The position numbers and the translations under genes were made by a program. Positions 31,581 through 41,975 of a DNA stretch of 64,000 nucleotides are shown here, one piece after another. Source of the stretch: Tubiluchus corallicola (Eukaryota; Animalia; Priapulida). The stretch's first letter is position 1. The number at the start of each line of letters is the position of its first letter. The notes under the pieces are model-generated. The model did not search any database. It was not told the origin of the DNA and saw only the letters and a list, made by a program, of their open reading frames with translations. The DNA is taken from the NCBI GenBank assembly GCA_030141605.1, contig JAQGDQ010000365.1:36505-100504 (forward strand). The letters are read 5' to 3'.

Positions 31581-32246
31581 ATGTATTATTTAGCCGATAC
31601 AGCCAGTGTTGATGAGTTAAAGAAGTTGTTTTACTATTTTCCACTTGAGGGAGTAACAACTAATCCAACGATTATTGCACATACACGGAAGCCTATGTCA
31701 GTGGTTTTGCCTGAGCTAATAGATATTATTGGTGATAAAATGCTGCATGTGCAAGTGATAAGTGGTAAGGCGGAGGATATGTTGAGAGAGGCAAAAGCTT
31801 ATAAGGCCAGGTATGGGTTGGGGGATAATTATTTTGCTAAGATACCTGTTACGGCAGAGGGATACAGAGCGATGCAGATGATAAAAGATGCGGGGATAGG
31901 TGTTACAGCTACGGCTGTTTTTACTCAGCAACAAGCGTTAGTAGCAGCACGCGCCGGAGCTGATTGGGTAGCGCCTTATGTTAATCGTTTAGATAATATT
32001 TCATCGCACGGTATTGAAGTAGTGGGTAATATTGTTGAGAATATTGAGCGCTTTAGCTTAAAAGCGAAGGTGCTTGCGGCCAGTTTTAAGACTGTAGACC
32101 AGGTGCATCGGGTTAGCATGACAGGCAGTCATGCAGCAACTATCAGCTTTGAGATACTGGAGCGCCTTAGAAGCCATCCTATGACAGATATGAGCCTGGA
32201 GTGGTTTAAAAAAGATGCAAATGGCTTATATGATATTGACTTCTGA
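31581..32246 (+). CDS. Fructose-6-phosphate aldolase family protein
   Basis: GVTTNP, Schiff-base KIP, HVQV (Gln) and APYVNR (Tyr), typical of FSA rather than transaldolase. Confidence 0.85.
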   Translation: MYYLADTASVDELKKLFYYFPLEGVTTNPTIIAHTRKPMSVVLPELIDIIGDKMLHVQVISGKAEDMLREAKAYKARYGLGDNYFAKIPVTAEGYRAMQMIKDAGIGVTATAVFTQQQALVAARAGADWVAPYVNRLDNISSHGIEVVGNIVENIERFSLKAKVLAASFKTVDQVHRVSMTGSHAATISFEILERLRSHPMTDMSLEWFKKDANGLYDIDF

Positions 32247-32446
32247 TTTATAAGCAAGGGCAGGCTGGTTTTCTAATACATGTGGTTTATTTGAGGGAGT
32301 CATCATTTAGCAGGTCTTTTTTCACCTATTGAGATGCAGAGTTATTATTGATGTAGTGCATATTTGTTTTGTCTGGGTTGGTTTTCATTTTTATATGGTA
32401 TGGCTAATGGCAGGTACACATGTCTACTTGCTTAATGCGATATTTT

Positions 32447-33739
32447 TTACAATATTTTGTTTTCAGATGAGGGTAGCTCTTCCACTTTTTTCAGTTTGGA
32501 AAGCATCAGACGCGTACGGGTACCGACAAGGTTATCTAATTCTTTGTTGGCTTCAGTTATTTTTTTCTGTGCTTTTTCCAGCACATCGCCAAATTTGCTA
32601 AATTCGGTTTTTACTGCTCCAAGTATTTGCCAAACTTCACTACTGCGTTTTTGAATAGCGAGAGTTTTAAAGCCCATCTGTAGGCTGTTAAGCATTGCGG
32701 CCAGTGTTGTTGGTCCGGTTATGATTATCTTATATTCACGTTGCAGCATGGCTACAATTTCGGGTTGGCGTACTATTTCGGCAAATAAGCCTTCTATCGG
32801 TAAAAACATAATTCCAAAGTCGGTTGTGTATGGCGGGTCAATGTATTTATCCCGGATATCTTTTGCAAATTTTTTAATGGATTGTACTAGTGCCTTATTG
32901 GCGGTGTCGATATTTGCGATGTCACCTTCGTCATAAGCTGTTTGGAGCCGTACATAGTCTTCTTGTGGGAACTTTGCATCAATAGGGAGGTACACTTCTT
33001 TACCGTTGTCATCTTTGCCAGGAAGTTTAATGGCAAACTCTACATGGTCATTAGAGCCTTGTTTTGTTTTTACATTAGCGTCGTACTGCTCGGGAGCCAT
33101 AATTTGCTCCAGGATATTTTCTAATTGAATTTCACCCAGTATACCGCGGGTTTTTACATTGCTTAATACTTTTTTCAGATCGCCCACACCACTGGCCAGG
33201 TTCTGCATTTCTCCCAAGCCTTTTTGTACGGCTTCCAGTTGCTTACTTACTATCCTGAATGACTGCCCAAGTCTTTCTTCAAGTGTTTTATGGAGTTTTT
33301 CATCTACCGTTTTACGCATCTCTTCCAGTTTAAGTTCAGTGGATTTGACCAGCTCATCCTGTTTGCCCGCCATAGCATCGAATTTCTGTTTTTGCAGGTC
33401 GTTAAACTCTTTTACATTTCTAGTGAAGACTTCGCTAAAATCTTTTAGAGACTTGGTTAGTTCATCTCGGTTGTTTTTGGCATTTTTATTCAAGCCTTCG
33501 CTGATAATGGTTAGTTTTTCTTCTAGTTTTTGAGTGAGTTTGTCCAAGCCGTTGGATAGCTCCTCCCTGTTATCTTTTAGTGCAGCCGATAGTTCTATAC
33601 GGTTTTCTTTTAACTCTTTTTGCATTAGTTGGCGAACTGCCTCGATAATTGGAGTAGCATTGTTTTTGCTGTTTTTCAGTAGTAAAATAGCGAGGAGCAC
33701 AAGGCACAAGGCAGAGATAATAATTGTAGTAATTTCCAT
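32447..33739 (-). CDS. rmuC: DNA recombination protein RmuC
   Basis: TM anchor, coiled coil, KTRGILGE, IDAKFP, GPTTLAAML. Confidence 0.93.
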   Translation of the reverse strand: MEITTIIISALCLVLLAILLLKNSKNNATPIIEAVRQLMQKELKENRIELSAALKDNREELSNGLDKLTQKLEEKLTIISEGLNKNAKNNRDELTKSLKDFSEVFTRNVKEFNDLQKQKFDAMAGKQDELVKSTELKLEEMRKTVDEKLHKTLEERLGQSFRIVSKQLEAVQKGLGEMQNLASGVGDLKKVLSNVKTRGILGEIQLENILEQIMAPEQYDANVKTKQGSNDHVEFAIKLPGKDDNGKEVYLPIDAKFPQEDYVRLQTAYDEGDIANIDTANKALVQSIKKFAKDIRDKYIDPPYTTDFGIMFLPIEGLFAEIVRQPEIVAMLQREYKIIITGPTTLAAMLNSLQMGFKTLAIQKRSSEVWQILGAVKTEFSKFGDVLEKAQKKITEANKELDNLVGTRTRLMLSKLKKVEELPSSENKIL

Positions 33740-34035
33740 AACTAGTATATGATATTTTACGATAAAGTCCTGTTGGCGAGTTGCCGAATAGCATCAAAAG
33801 TATAGAAAATATACTTAGCTTTTTGTGAAAGTGAAAGTTTCATAAAGATTTGCTGGAGAGGAAAGGTTTTTTCATTATTGCCATGTGGTACTAAAGTTCT
33901 GAGAGCCTTCGCCAGATGGTCTTTTTTTTCATATCTTTAGGGGCTGTTTATTTTTAAATAGTAAAGTGAGCGTAAGTGAAAAGATTTGGTAGCCCAAGTG
34001 GTGTGTGAGAGGATTCTGTTAGCCAAGCGATTGTT

Positions 34036-34728
34036 ATGAAAAGAATTAGTTTTATAAAGAGTAATATACGTAAGTACGCTAAGGCCAAGGGTATCACACT
34101 TGCGGAGGTGTATAAGCGCACGGGCATTACTGATGGTACGTTTAGTAATGCAAGCAGTTTGTCGGAGGATAGCTTGCTGAAATTTCTCAATGAGTATATC
34201 GAGGTGAGTCCTTGTTGGCTTTTGACAGGGGAAGGTCCCATGGTTAGGGTTTATAGTGATCCGGCTACTCCTGGTGATCTATTAAGTGAGCCTGGTGGAG
34301 AGGAAGGTTCCGAGGTGGCACAAGTAAGGGTTCCTTTTATTGATATGTCGGATATTGGGAAAGAGGACAATAGTTGTTTCCCTTTGGAGAAGGTAGGGGG
34401 GAGTACGGGGTATTATGTGATTCCCAAACTGGGAAGTAGTAGGATTGATTTCATGACAGAGGTCTCCGGGAGTAGTATATACCACAAGTATTGTAGAGGG
34501 GATGTTGTGGCCTGTACCGTGATTAGAAACAGCACTTTTCTGCAATGGAGGAGGGTACATCTTATTGTTACACGCGAGCAGGGGGTGATTATAGGCCGAA
34601 TTGATAGTTCAGATATTAGTGACGGCATTAGGGTTGTTAGCGAGGATGGCAGTTGTTGTTCATTTGATATTCCCAGGAGTGAGGTTGTGGGAATTGCTAT
34701 GGTAGTGGGAGCTATGCGTTTTGAGTAG
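34036..34728 (+). CDS. XRE-HTH / S24-domain (CI/LexA-like) regulator, degenerate
   Basis: N-terminal HTH, WLLTGEGPM linker, DFMTEVSGSSIY..Y..GDVVAC S24-like domain. Confidence 0.8.
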   Translation: MKRISFIKSNIRKYAKAKGITLAEVYKRTGITDGTFSNASSLSEDSLLKFLNEYIEVSPCWLLTGEGPMVRVYSDPATPGDLLSEPGGEEGSEVAQVRVPFIDMSDIGKEDNSCFPLEKVGGSTGYYVIPKLGSSRIDFMTEVSGSSIYHKYCRGDVVACTVIRNSTFLQWRRVHLIVTREQGVIIGRIDSSDISDGIRVVSEDGSCCSFDIPRSEVVGIAMVVGAMRFE

Positions 34729-34761
34729 CTTGATGTTTTTAGTAAAGTGTGTTTTTTGTTT

Positions 34762-34898
34762 GAGCTTTTTGTAAAGCTCATCTTCTTGCTGTTATTTTTG
34801 TTAAAACATTTTTCATAGTAGCCATTTACATTGATAAATTGCGGTTTCTCACCGTACTGTTTTCGGCTTGGCCCAGGTTTTCATATAGTAAAGATTTC
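34762..34898 (+). mobile_element. MITE copy, long form, diverged
   Basis: GAGCTTTTTGTAAAGCTCATC...CATTTACATTGATAAATTGCGGTTTCTCACCGTAC...GTAAAGATTTC. Confidence 0.65.
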
Positions 34899-34904
34899 AA
34901 GATA

Positions 34905-35037
34905 TTATTTATTGCTAAGTGCCCCTTTTTGCCAAAGATTCCCTTCGAATGCCTTCATTTGTGCCGGCAAGGTACAGCTTGTCAATGAGTTTTCTTTTTT
35001 TGATCCGGGTTAAAGTTTTTTGATTTGCAGAGGCCTT
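34905..35037 (+). mobile_element. Degenerate tandem MITE copy
   Basis: TTTGCCAAAGATTCCCTTCGAATGCCTTCATTT core; ends TTGCAGAGGCCTT. Confidence 0.5.
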
Positions 35038-35079
35038 TTTGTGTGGCTTGGTATGCGTATTCTGTACAGGTGTAGTTTT

Positions 35080-35766
35080 TTACAGGTAGTTGTGGTTTAT
35101 TAGTAACATGATCACTCCCATTGTTATGGTAATGGTAAATATTCCAGTAAAGATGATTTTACATGCATTGTCCATGCTGAGTTTTTTATTTTGAATCGAT
35201 GAGATAGAGTAAATCATTGGCTCTGTAAATAAAATCAGTCTGAAAGCAGCCCATCCTATTAAAGCTCCCAATATTCCGCCACAAATTATGTCGGCTGGGT
35301 AGTGCACACCTAGGTAAACACGTGTGTATGCTATTAATAAAGCCCACGTCAGTATAAATATAGAGTAAAGGGTATTGCGAAATAGTAGAAGGGAAAAGAT
35401 TGCAAATCCGAAAGCGTTGGAGGCGTGAGCAGATACAAAACCGTACATGCCACCCTTGTTAAAGAAGTTATGAGAAATTGGTGCAACAGCCGGATCTTGT
35501 GATGGACGGAGGCGCTCTACGGATCGTTTAAATACGCCTGCTCCTTGGTCAGCAAGTGTGATAATAAGTATTAAGGCTAAGAGTATAAGTATCGACTTAA
35601 GCTTGTATTTGTTGATGATGATGAAAAGTATAACAGCATATAGTAGTAGCCAAGTATGGGTGGTGGTAAATATTGCCATACAGTAATCCCAAAATGTATT
35701 GTGAAAGCTATTTAGGTGTAGGAAAAGGTTTATGTCCCACTGTTCTATTTTTCTAATTAAGTTCAT
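35080..35766 (-). CDS. PAP2 family phosphatase
   Basis: K..VERLRP, FVSAHA, TRVYLGVHYPADI. Confidence 0.9.
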   Translation of the reverse strand: MNLIRKIEQWDINLFLHLNSFHNTFWDYCMAIFTTTHTWLLLYAVILFIIINKYKLKSILILLALILIITLADQGAGVFKRSVERLRPSQDPAVAPISHNFFNKGGMYGFVSAHASNAFGFAIFSLLLFRNTLYSIFILTWALLIAYTRVYLGVHYPADIICGGILGALIGWAAFRLILFTEPMIYSISSIQNKKLSMDNACKIIFTGIFTITITMGVIMLLINHNYL

Positions 35767-35866
35767 AGTCCAACTTTTTGCTAGGCTTTCCCTCTTTAAA
35801 ATGAGTAGCCAAGCTTAACTGACAGATCAAGTTTAATAACCAACGAAGGTGATAATTTTTTGTTTT

Positions 35867-36871
35867 TTATGCAACAGGTTTGTCTTCGGTTAGTGCGTTC
35901 CAGATGCTATCTTTTAATGTAGATAGTCCTGTGTTTGTAATGGAGGATATGAACAGGTGGGGTATCTCTTTTAGCTCTTTACTGATCTCTTTCATCAATA
36001 CTGCATCCAGCATATCGCTTTTAGAGATGGTAAGTAGTTTTTGCTTATCAAGTAGTTCAGGGTTGTATTTTTCTAGTTCATTTATTAAGGTTAAGTATTC
36101 TTTTTTGTGACAGTTGCTGTCTGCTGGGACCATGAGTAGTAGTATTGAGTTTCTTTCTATGTGTCTTAGGAATCTTAATCCCAGGCCTTTGCCTTCATGT
36201 GCTCCCTCTATGATTCCCGGTATATCGGCCATTATAAACGATCGATCGTTTCGATAGCTTACAATTCCCAGGCTCGGGACCAGTGTTGTGAAGGGGTAAT
36301 CGGCAATTTTAGGCTTTGCAGCCGATATTGTAGAGAGGAGTGTTGATTTTCCGGCATTGGGAAGTCCTACCAGGCCTACGTCTGCAAGTATTTTTAGCTC
36401 TAGTACCCGCCATCCTTCCTGAGCATTTTCTCCAGGCTGGGCATACCGTGGGGTTTGGTTGGTTGCCGATTTGAAGTGAGTATTTCCAAGCCCCCCTTTC
36501 CCCCCTTTTGCCAATATTCCAGTATCTCCATCATTAAGAATTTCAAAAAGCAATTTTCCTGTTTCCGCATCTTTTACAACTGTTCCCAGGGGAACATCAA
36601 GAACGACATCGTTACCATCTTTACCACTACTACATTGCTTTCCTCCTGCTTCACCATTGCCTGCGAAAATATGTTTGCGATATTTTAAATGTAAGAGTGT
36701 CCACATCTGTTTGTTTCCCCTCACTGTTACGTGCCCTCCACGTCCTCCATCTCCTCCGTCAGGCCCCCCTTTCGGAGCATACTTTTCACGCCTCAAGTGC
36801 GCAGAGCCTGCTCCACCTTTGCCCGAGCGACAAAATATTTTTATGTAGTCGATAAAATTATTTTCAGCCAT
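35867..36871 (-). CDS. obgE: GTPase ObgE
   Basis: [31 protein letters not shown]. Confidence 0.97.
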   Translation of the reverse strand: MAENNFIDYIKIFCRSGKGGAGSAHLRREKYAPKGGPDGGDGGRGGHVTVRGNKQMWTLLHLKYRKHIFAGNGEAGGKQCSSGKDGNDVVLDVPLGTVVKDAETGKLLFEILNDGDTGILAKGGKGGLGNTHFKSATNQTPRYAQPGENAQEGWRVLELKILADVGLVGLPNAGKSTLLSTISAAKPKIADYPFTTLVPSLGIVSYRNDRSFIMADIPGIIEGAHEGKGLGLRFLRHIERNSILLLMVPADSNCHKKEYLTLINELEKYNPELLDKQKLLTISKSDMLDAVLMKEISKELKEIPHLFISSITNTGLSTLKDSIWNALTEDKPVA

Positions 36872-36893
36872 CTCAGCGTATCTATAAATTATA

Positions 36894-37032
36894 AAATTTT
36901 TGCAAGGTTTATTTTTTTGTTGGTGCTTTCTCCAAAGTTCTCTTCAAAACCCTTATTTGTATTGCTAAGGAGTGATTTTTTTCCTCGATTTTTTTCTTAA
37001 TTTGAGTTAAGCTCTTTTGCTTTACGAGGATC
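36894..37032 (+). mobile_element. MITE copy, long form, diverged
   Basis: TTTTTGCAAGG...CCAAAGTTCTCTTCAAAACCCTTATTT...CTTTTGCTTTACGAGGATC. Confidence 0.65.
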
Positions 37033-37090
37033 ACATTACAGTAGAGCAGCCTGCTTTTTTTATTTGAATATAAAGTCAGCTGTGCAAGAG

Positions 37091-37669
37091 CTATAGGGTC
37101 AGGCTTTTTACAACAGCTTTTATTCTTTCGGCAATTTCATTTATTGTGCCCATCCCACTAATGGGAATATATTTTCCCTTTTTTTTATAGTACCGGATAA
37201 GAGGCGCGGTTTTATTATTGTATATGTTTATGCGGTTTTCTATAGTTTTTTCATCCTGGTCATCTGCGCGCTCAGATGTAATCCCCCTGTTTAACAGCCT
37301 TGCTACAAGTTCTGTTTTCGTAACTTCCAGGCAAAGCATTCCTGCAATTGACATTTTATTTTTATCAAGTAGATTCTCAAGAGATTCTGCTTGCGCAACA
37401 GTACGTGGGAATCCATCAAAGATAAAACCATTAGAGGTGGAATTGCTTTTCAGCCGTAGTTTTATCATTTCTGTAACGACTGAATCTGGAGCAAGTTCCC
37501 CTTTTTCTATAAGTTTTTGTGCTTTTAATCCCAATTCTGTCTTCGCAGCAATTTCTTTGCGCAACAACTCACCTGTGCTTAAGTGAGTAAGGTTGAATGC
37601 TTCGGCCAGGTACATGGCTTGCGTCCCTTTTCCTGCGCCGGGTGGACCAAATAATACTAAATTGAGCAT
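37091..37669 (-). CDS. adk: Adenylate kinase (short, no long LID)
   Basis: GPPGAGKGTQ, STGELLR, FDGFPRTVAQA. Confidence 0.95.
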   Translation of the reverse strand: MLNLVLFGPPGAGKGTQAMYLAEAFNLTHLSTGELLRKEIAAKTELGLKAQKLIEKGELAPDSVVTEMIKLRLKSNSTSNGFIFDGFPRTVAQAESLENLLDKNKMSIAGMLCLEVTKTELVARLLNRGITSERADDQDEKTIENRINIYNNKTAPLIRYYKKKGKYIPISGMGTINEIAERIKAVVKSLTL

Positions 37670-37716
37670 AATAAGTCTTGTATAATTAGATTATAGGCAT
37701 TTATATCTTTCATTAT

Positions 37717-37830
37717 AAAAATCATTATAAGGTTTGTCTTTTTGCTGGAATTTTCGTTAAAATCCTTGTTTACGCCAGTAGACTGCAATTCTTCAATGAG
37801 TTTTTCTCAACATGAACCAGAGTTTCCTGC
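37717..37830 (+). mobile_element. MITE copy, short form, ends eroded
   Basis: TTTTCGTTAAAATCCTTGTTTACGCCAGTAGACTGC...TTTTTCTCAACATGAACCAG. Confidence 0.6.
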
Positions 37831-37879
37831 CCAGCGGTGGCAGTGGCTTTATCTTGTTCTGTATTGTAGAAATATGGTG

Positions 37880-37887
37880 CAAAGATA
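37880..37887 (-). promoter_or_regulatory. sigmaA -7 element (TAtcTTTG) upstream of adk
   Basis: CAAAGATA on + strand. Confidence 0.5.
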
Positions 37888-37944
37888 AAAATATTGATTC
37901 AGTTTTCTATCCAGGTTTTTTGGAGCAATTGTGTTTTACCCGCA

Positions 37945-38068
37945 GAGACCTTTGCATGATTCGTCTTTTTATTAATATTTTCATCAGAATCTCTGATTCT
38001 GTTAGTAAGTTGTGAGCTCCATCAATTTCCCCCAAAGTATAGTTAAGAGTTTTATGTCGTAAGGCACT
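37945..38068 (+). mobile_element. MITE copy, short form
   Basis: GAGACCTTTGCATGATTCGTCTTTTTATTAATATTTTCATCAGAATCTC. Confidence 0.7.
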
Positions 38069-38234
38069 GGGAATATTTTAAGAGTGAGTTTCCTATAATT
38101 ATTTTTTTAAAGGTGATTGTTAAGTTTGCAATAATTATTTCCGGCTCTTTATGTTCTACCAAATTGAAATATTATCAGTAGCTTTGGAAGCAAGTTAAAT
38201 TTTTGGTCTCAGTACCGTGAAAGATTAAAAAGAG

Positions 38235-38741
38235 ATGAAGTCTGAAGTAAGTATTATTATGGGTAGTACCTCTGATTTGCCTGTTATGGAGGCGGCAGCG
38301 GAGATACTTAATGATTTTGAGATACCTTTTGAGATGAATGCTCTTTCAGCACACCGCACCCCGGGTGAGGTTGAAGAGTTTGCCAAAGGGGCAAGTGATA
38401 GGGGGATAAAAGTGATAATTGCTGCTGCGGGAATGGCTGCTCATCTTCCTGGTGTTATTGCTGCGATGTCTCCTGTTCCTGTCATAGGCGTTCCTATAAA
38501 AGCTTCTTTTGATGGGTGGGATTCTATGTTGTCGATATTGCAGATGCCCCCTGGAATTCCGGTTGCAACAGTAGCTGTTAATGGAGCACGGAATGCAGCA
38601 ATTCTTGCAGTTCAGATAATGTCTGTCGGAGATGAGGATCTGAGAAAGAGATTTATTAGCTTTAAGAAAAGATTAAAGGACAAAATAGTAAAGGCAAATA
38701 ATGATCTTGCAGAAGTGAAGTTTAGATATAAAACTAATTGA
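38235..38741 (+). CDS. purE: N5-CAIR mutase
   Basis: IIMGSTSD, SAHRTP, AGMAAHLPG, QMPPGIPVATV. Confidence 0.97.
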   Translation: MKSEVSIIMGSTSDLPVMEAAAEILNDFEIPFEMNALSAHRTPGEVEEFAKGASDRGIKVIIAAAGMAAHLPGVIAAMSPVPVIGVPIKASFDGWDSMLSILQMPPGIPVATVAVNGARNAAILAVQIMSVGDEDLRKRFISFKKRLKDKIVKANNDLAEVKFRYKTN

Positions 38742-38863
38742 ACGTAGAGTAAAAGGTTTCCCAATTTTTTTATATTTTGTCTGAAATGGAATTTGTTTTA
38801 CAAATTCTTCTTCAGGGTTTTAAATTTATATGATTTTGTTATTTCTGTAATAACTAGTCTGTT

Positions 38864-39703
38864 TTGGGAAAAAATGTGTCATATCCTATCCGGTATTGTT
38901 TGCTGCTGTTAGCTTTTTTTTCTCTTCCGATAAAATCTTTAGCCGGAGGTTCTTTCTCTGGAGTAGGCGCACGCTCTTCTGCTTTGGCGGGGTTGTCTGT
39001 TGTTCTGCCTGATGTGTTTGCTACACTTAATAACCAGGCGGGGCTCTCTTTTCTTGAGGGGGTTGAGATAGGTGTTGGCTACAGGCAGAATTATATGATG
39101 AGTGGCTATTCCGATGTGGGGATGGTAGCATGTGTTCCTCTTCTTACTGGAGTATTTGGTGTTAGTTTTTTTCAAACTGGAGTAACGGGATATAGTGAGA
39201 ATAGGGCAGGGCTCTCTTTTGCAAAGCTGCTATTCCCTTCCTTTTCCGTTGGAATGCAGTTCAATTATTTTATGATTGGCTCTTCTGAGGATGGTTCTTC
39301 GCGAGGGGTATTTGTTTATGAGATCGGGGCGATGCATCGAAGTAATAAAGGCTTTACGGCAGGGGTACATTTGTTTAACCTTACAGATAGCAGCATAGGA
39401 ATGATGGTGTTGCAAAAGAAGATACCAGTTGTGTTTTGTGCCGGAGTAGGTGCTGATCTGGGCGAGTCATTAAAAGTTATGACAGAGTTAACATATAATA
39501 GTATATCACCTACAACTGTTGCGCTGGGACTTGAGTATATTATTTACGATGAAATAGTGTTGCGTGGAGGCGTTTTAGGCAAACCTTTTAATCATTCGGT
39601 GGGACTAGGTTATAGATGGAGATTTTCATATATAGACTTTGCATTTTCCTCTCACCATGTATTGGGATATTCGCCCTCATTATCAGTTTTATTTAAACCG
39701 TAG
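38864..39703 (+). CDS. Hypothetical outer-membrane beta-barrel protein
   Basis: Signal peptide, GARSSALAG/NQAGL N-terminus, alternating beta strands. Confidence 0.7.
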   Translation: MGKNVSYPIRYCLLLLAFFSLPIKSLAGGSFSGVGARSSALAGLSVVLPDVFATLNNQAGLSFLEGVEIGVGYRQNYMMSGYSDVGMVACVPLLTGVFGVSFFQTGVTGYSENRAGLSFAKLLFPSFSVGMQFNYFMIGSSEDGSSRGVFVYEIGAMHRSNKGFTAGVHLFNLTDSSIGMMVLQKKIPVVFCAGVGADLGESLKVMTELTYNSISPTTVALGLEYIIYDEIVLRGGVLGKPFNHSVGLGYRWRFSYIDFAFSSHHVLGYSPSLSVLFKP

Positions 39704-39782
39704 CGGGGTGGTTTAATAGCTAAAGTTGTATGTCAATTGACATGAGTGCTTGTTGCTGTATAAGTGTTTAAGGGTTATAAAG

Positions 39783-41831
39783 ATGAAGAAGCTGTACTGT
39801 CTGCTAATACTACTGTTTTTAAGTGGCTTATATATGGATGTGTGTGCGCAATATCCTGGGGTAGATAGAGATAGAAAGGTGGAGAAGTTGCTGGAGTCGA
39901 TGTTAGAGTCTGCCGGAAACGAGGTGGAGAGTTCTGATATTCTTGAGACCCTTATATATCTGGCAGAAAATCCTATAAGTGTGAATACTGCTTCTTTTGA
40001 GGATTTTCAACAGTTGCATTTACTCAATCTTGGGCAGATACAGAGCTTAATAAGCTACCGTGAAAAGTATGGTGATATATTATCGGCTTATGAGTTATAT
40101 GTTGTTGATGGTTTTGACAGAGAGCTGGTTGAAAAAGTTGAGATGTTTCTTGTTTTTGGGGATGACGCGTCTGATATAAGAGAACAAAAGGTGCGCTCCC
40201 GTCAGTCATTACTGGGGAAAGTGCAGATGTCATATCCCCTGCCTGCAGGTTTTGATGTGTCGCCTGATACAGGGGATAGAGCATACCCCGGTCCTCCTGT
40301 GGGGATGTATTTGCGCTATAGTTTTGATATATCTCGTAAGATAAGGGTGGGAGTTACCATGGAAAGTGATAAAGGAGAGGAGTTGTTTACCGGGAGTAAT
40401 CCGTGGGGGCCTGATTTTTTTTCAGGATTTTTTTCATGGAAAGGGAGTGGGACTGTCAGCCAGGTACATGTTGGTGATTATCATCTTCGTTTTGGACAGG
40501 GTGTAAATGTCTGGTCAGGAATGACAACCGGGAAGTCTGTAAATGTATTGGATGTGATGAGGTCAGGGCAGGGTGTTCATCCATATACTTCTGTTGATGA
40601 AAATATGTTTTTCAGAGGGGGTGCAGTGAAGTTAGAAGAGGGGGCCGTCTCTTTATCGTTGTTTGGTTCTGCAAAGAAGATTGATGCTAATAGAAAGGTA
40701 GATGAGGATGGGAACTATTATTACAGCTCTTTTCAAACATCGGGCTTACACCGTACGCCTAATGAGATCGAAGATGAGAAGGTACTGGATGAGCGTATCG
40801 CAGGTTTTTATGGTGAGGTGAATATGACAAGCTTAAGGGTAGGAACGGTATTTTTATGGCAACAGTTTGGGGGTGATGTCCAGTTTGGAGACAATGTGTA
40901 CAAGCAGTATTATTTTAGCGGCAGCGAGAATATAAACGTAGGTGTCGACTATCAGTTTCTTCTGCCTGGTGTACAGCTTTTCGGGGAGGTCGGTTTAAGT
41001 AAGAATATGGGCATCGGAGGAGTACAGGGAGTACTTTGGAGGCCTCATCCTCAGCTTGGCCTATCAATGCTGTATCGCTATTTTGAACCCGGATTTCACT
41101 CTCTTTACGGAAGTGCTTTTTCTGAGACATCAGGAAACAGGAATGAAAATGGGTTGTACATAGGAGCTGAAATATTGCCAATGTCAAAAGTTAAGTTATT
41201 TGTGTATGCTGATATTTTTCATTTTCCCTGGTTGCGCTCTAATACGTTGTCTCCTGGGCAGGGCAGCGAAGTATTTTGCCAGTTGGAGTACACTCCTGTT
41301 AAGGGGATAGAGGTTTATTTACGTGGTGCTTCAAAGTCGAAGCCTGAGAAAGAGAGTAGAGAGTTGGGTGTTCCAGTAGATGTGGAGGAGCTTGTTAATA
41401 AATACCGGTTAAATGTAACGTGGGAGCTCAATGAAAGCTTTATGCTTAGAGGCAGAGTTGCTTATACCGATTATAGGAAGGGAGCGGGTAGAGAGGCTGG
41501 GTTTCTTGCTTACCAGGATATTGTGTGCACATTAAAAGGATGGAACACTACTGTGTGGACAAGGTATGCTTGGTTTGATACCGATAGTTATAATTCAAGG
41601 ATTTATACATATGAGAACGATTTACTGTATAGTTTTTACACCCCTTCTTATTATGGAAAGGGGCACAGGGTGTATTTTACAGCGAAGTGGCAGCCAGGGA
41701 AGAGAGTTACTGCTTATATAAAGTGTGGCCGTACGATTAGGGGTGGAATAGAGTACTGGGGAACAGGAAATGATCGTACAGAGGGCAATGTCAGGACTGA
41801 GCTGAAAGCGCAGGTCAGGGTAAAGTTTTAG
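39783..41831 (+). CDS. Helix-hairpin-helix (ComEA-like) domain outer-membrane protein
   Basis: PISVNTAS..LH.L..QI..LISYREKYG HhH module followed by large barrel ending in F. Confidence 0.8.
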   Translation: MKKLYCLLILLFLSGLYMDVCAQYPGVDRDRKVEKLLESMLESAGNEVESSDILETLIYLAENPISVNTASFEDFQQLHLLNLGQIQSLISYREKYGDILSAYELYVVDGFDRELVEKVEMFLVFGDDASDIREQKVRSRQSLLGKVQMSYPLPAGFDVSPDTGDRAYPGPPVGMYLRYSFDISRKIRVGVTMESDKGEELFTGSNPWGPDFFSGFFSWKGSGTVSQVHVGDYHLRFGQGVNVWSGMTTGKSVNVLDVMRSGQGVHPYTSVDENMFFRGGAVKLEEGAVSLSLFGSAKKIDANRKVDEDGNYYYSSFQTSGLHRTPNEIEDEKVLDERIAGFYGEVNMTSLRVGTVFLWQQFGGDVQFGDNVYKQYYFSGSENINVGVDYQFLLPGVQLFGEVGLSKNMGIGGVQGVLWRPHPQLGLSMLYRYFEPGFHSLYGSAFSETSGNRNENGLYIGAEILPMSKVKLFVYADIFHFPWLRSNTLSPGQGSEVFCQLEYTPVKGIEVYLRGASKSKPEKESRELGVPVDVEELVNKYRLNVTWELNESFMLRGRVAYTDYRKGAGREAGFLAYQDIVCTLKGWNTTVWTRYAWFDTDSYNSRIYTYENDLLYSFYTPSYYGKGHRVYFTAKWQPGKRVTAYIKCGRTIRGGIEYWGTGNDRTEGNVRTELKAQVRVKF

Positions 41832-41975
41832 TAGTGTGGGATTAAGCATTTTACTCTACTTTTTATCACCCCAGGTGCCCTGCTTTTTAGTGCAGTGGCA
41901 AGAAGTTTCTATAAAGGAGTTGTGCAACTTTTTTATATATTTGCTGTATATGAGGTTAATAGATTAAGATCTGAC

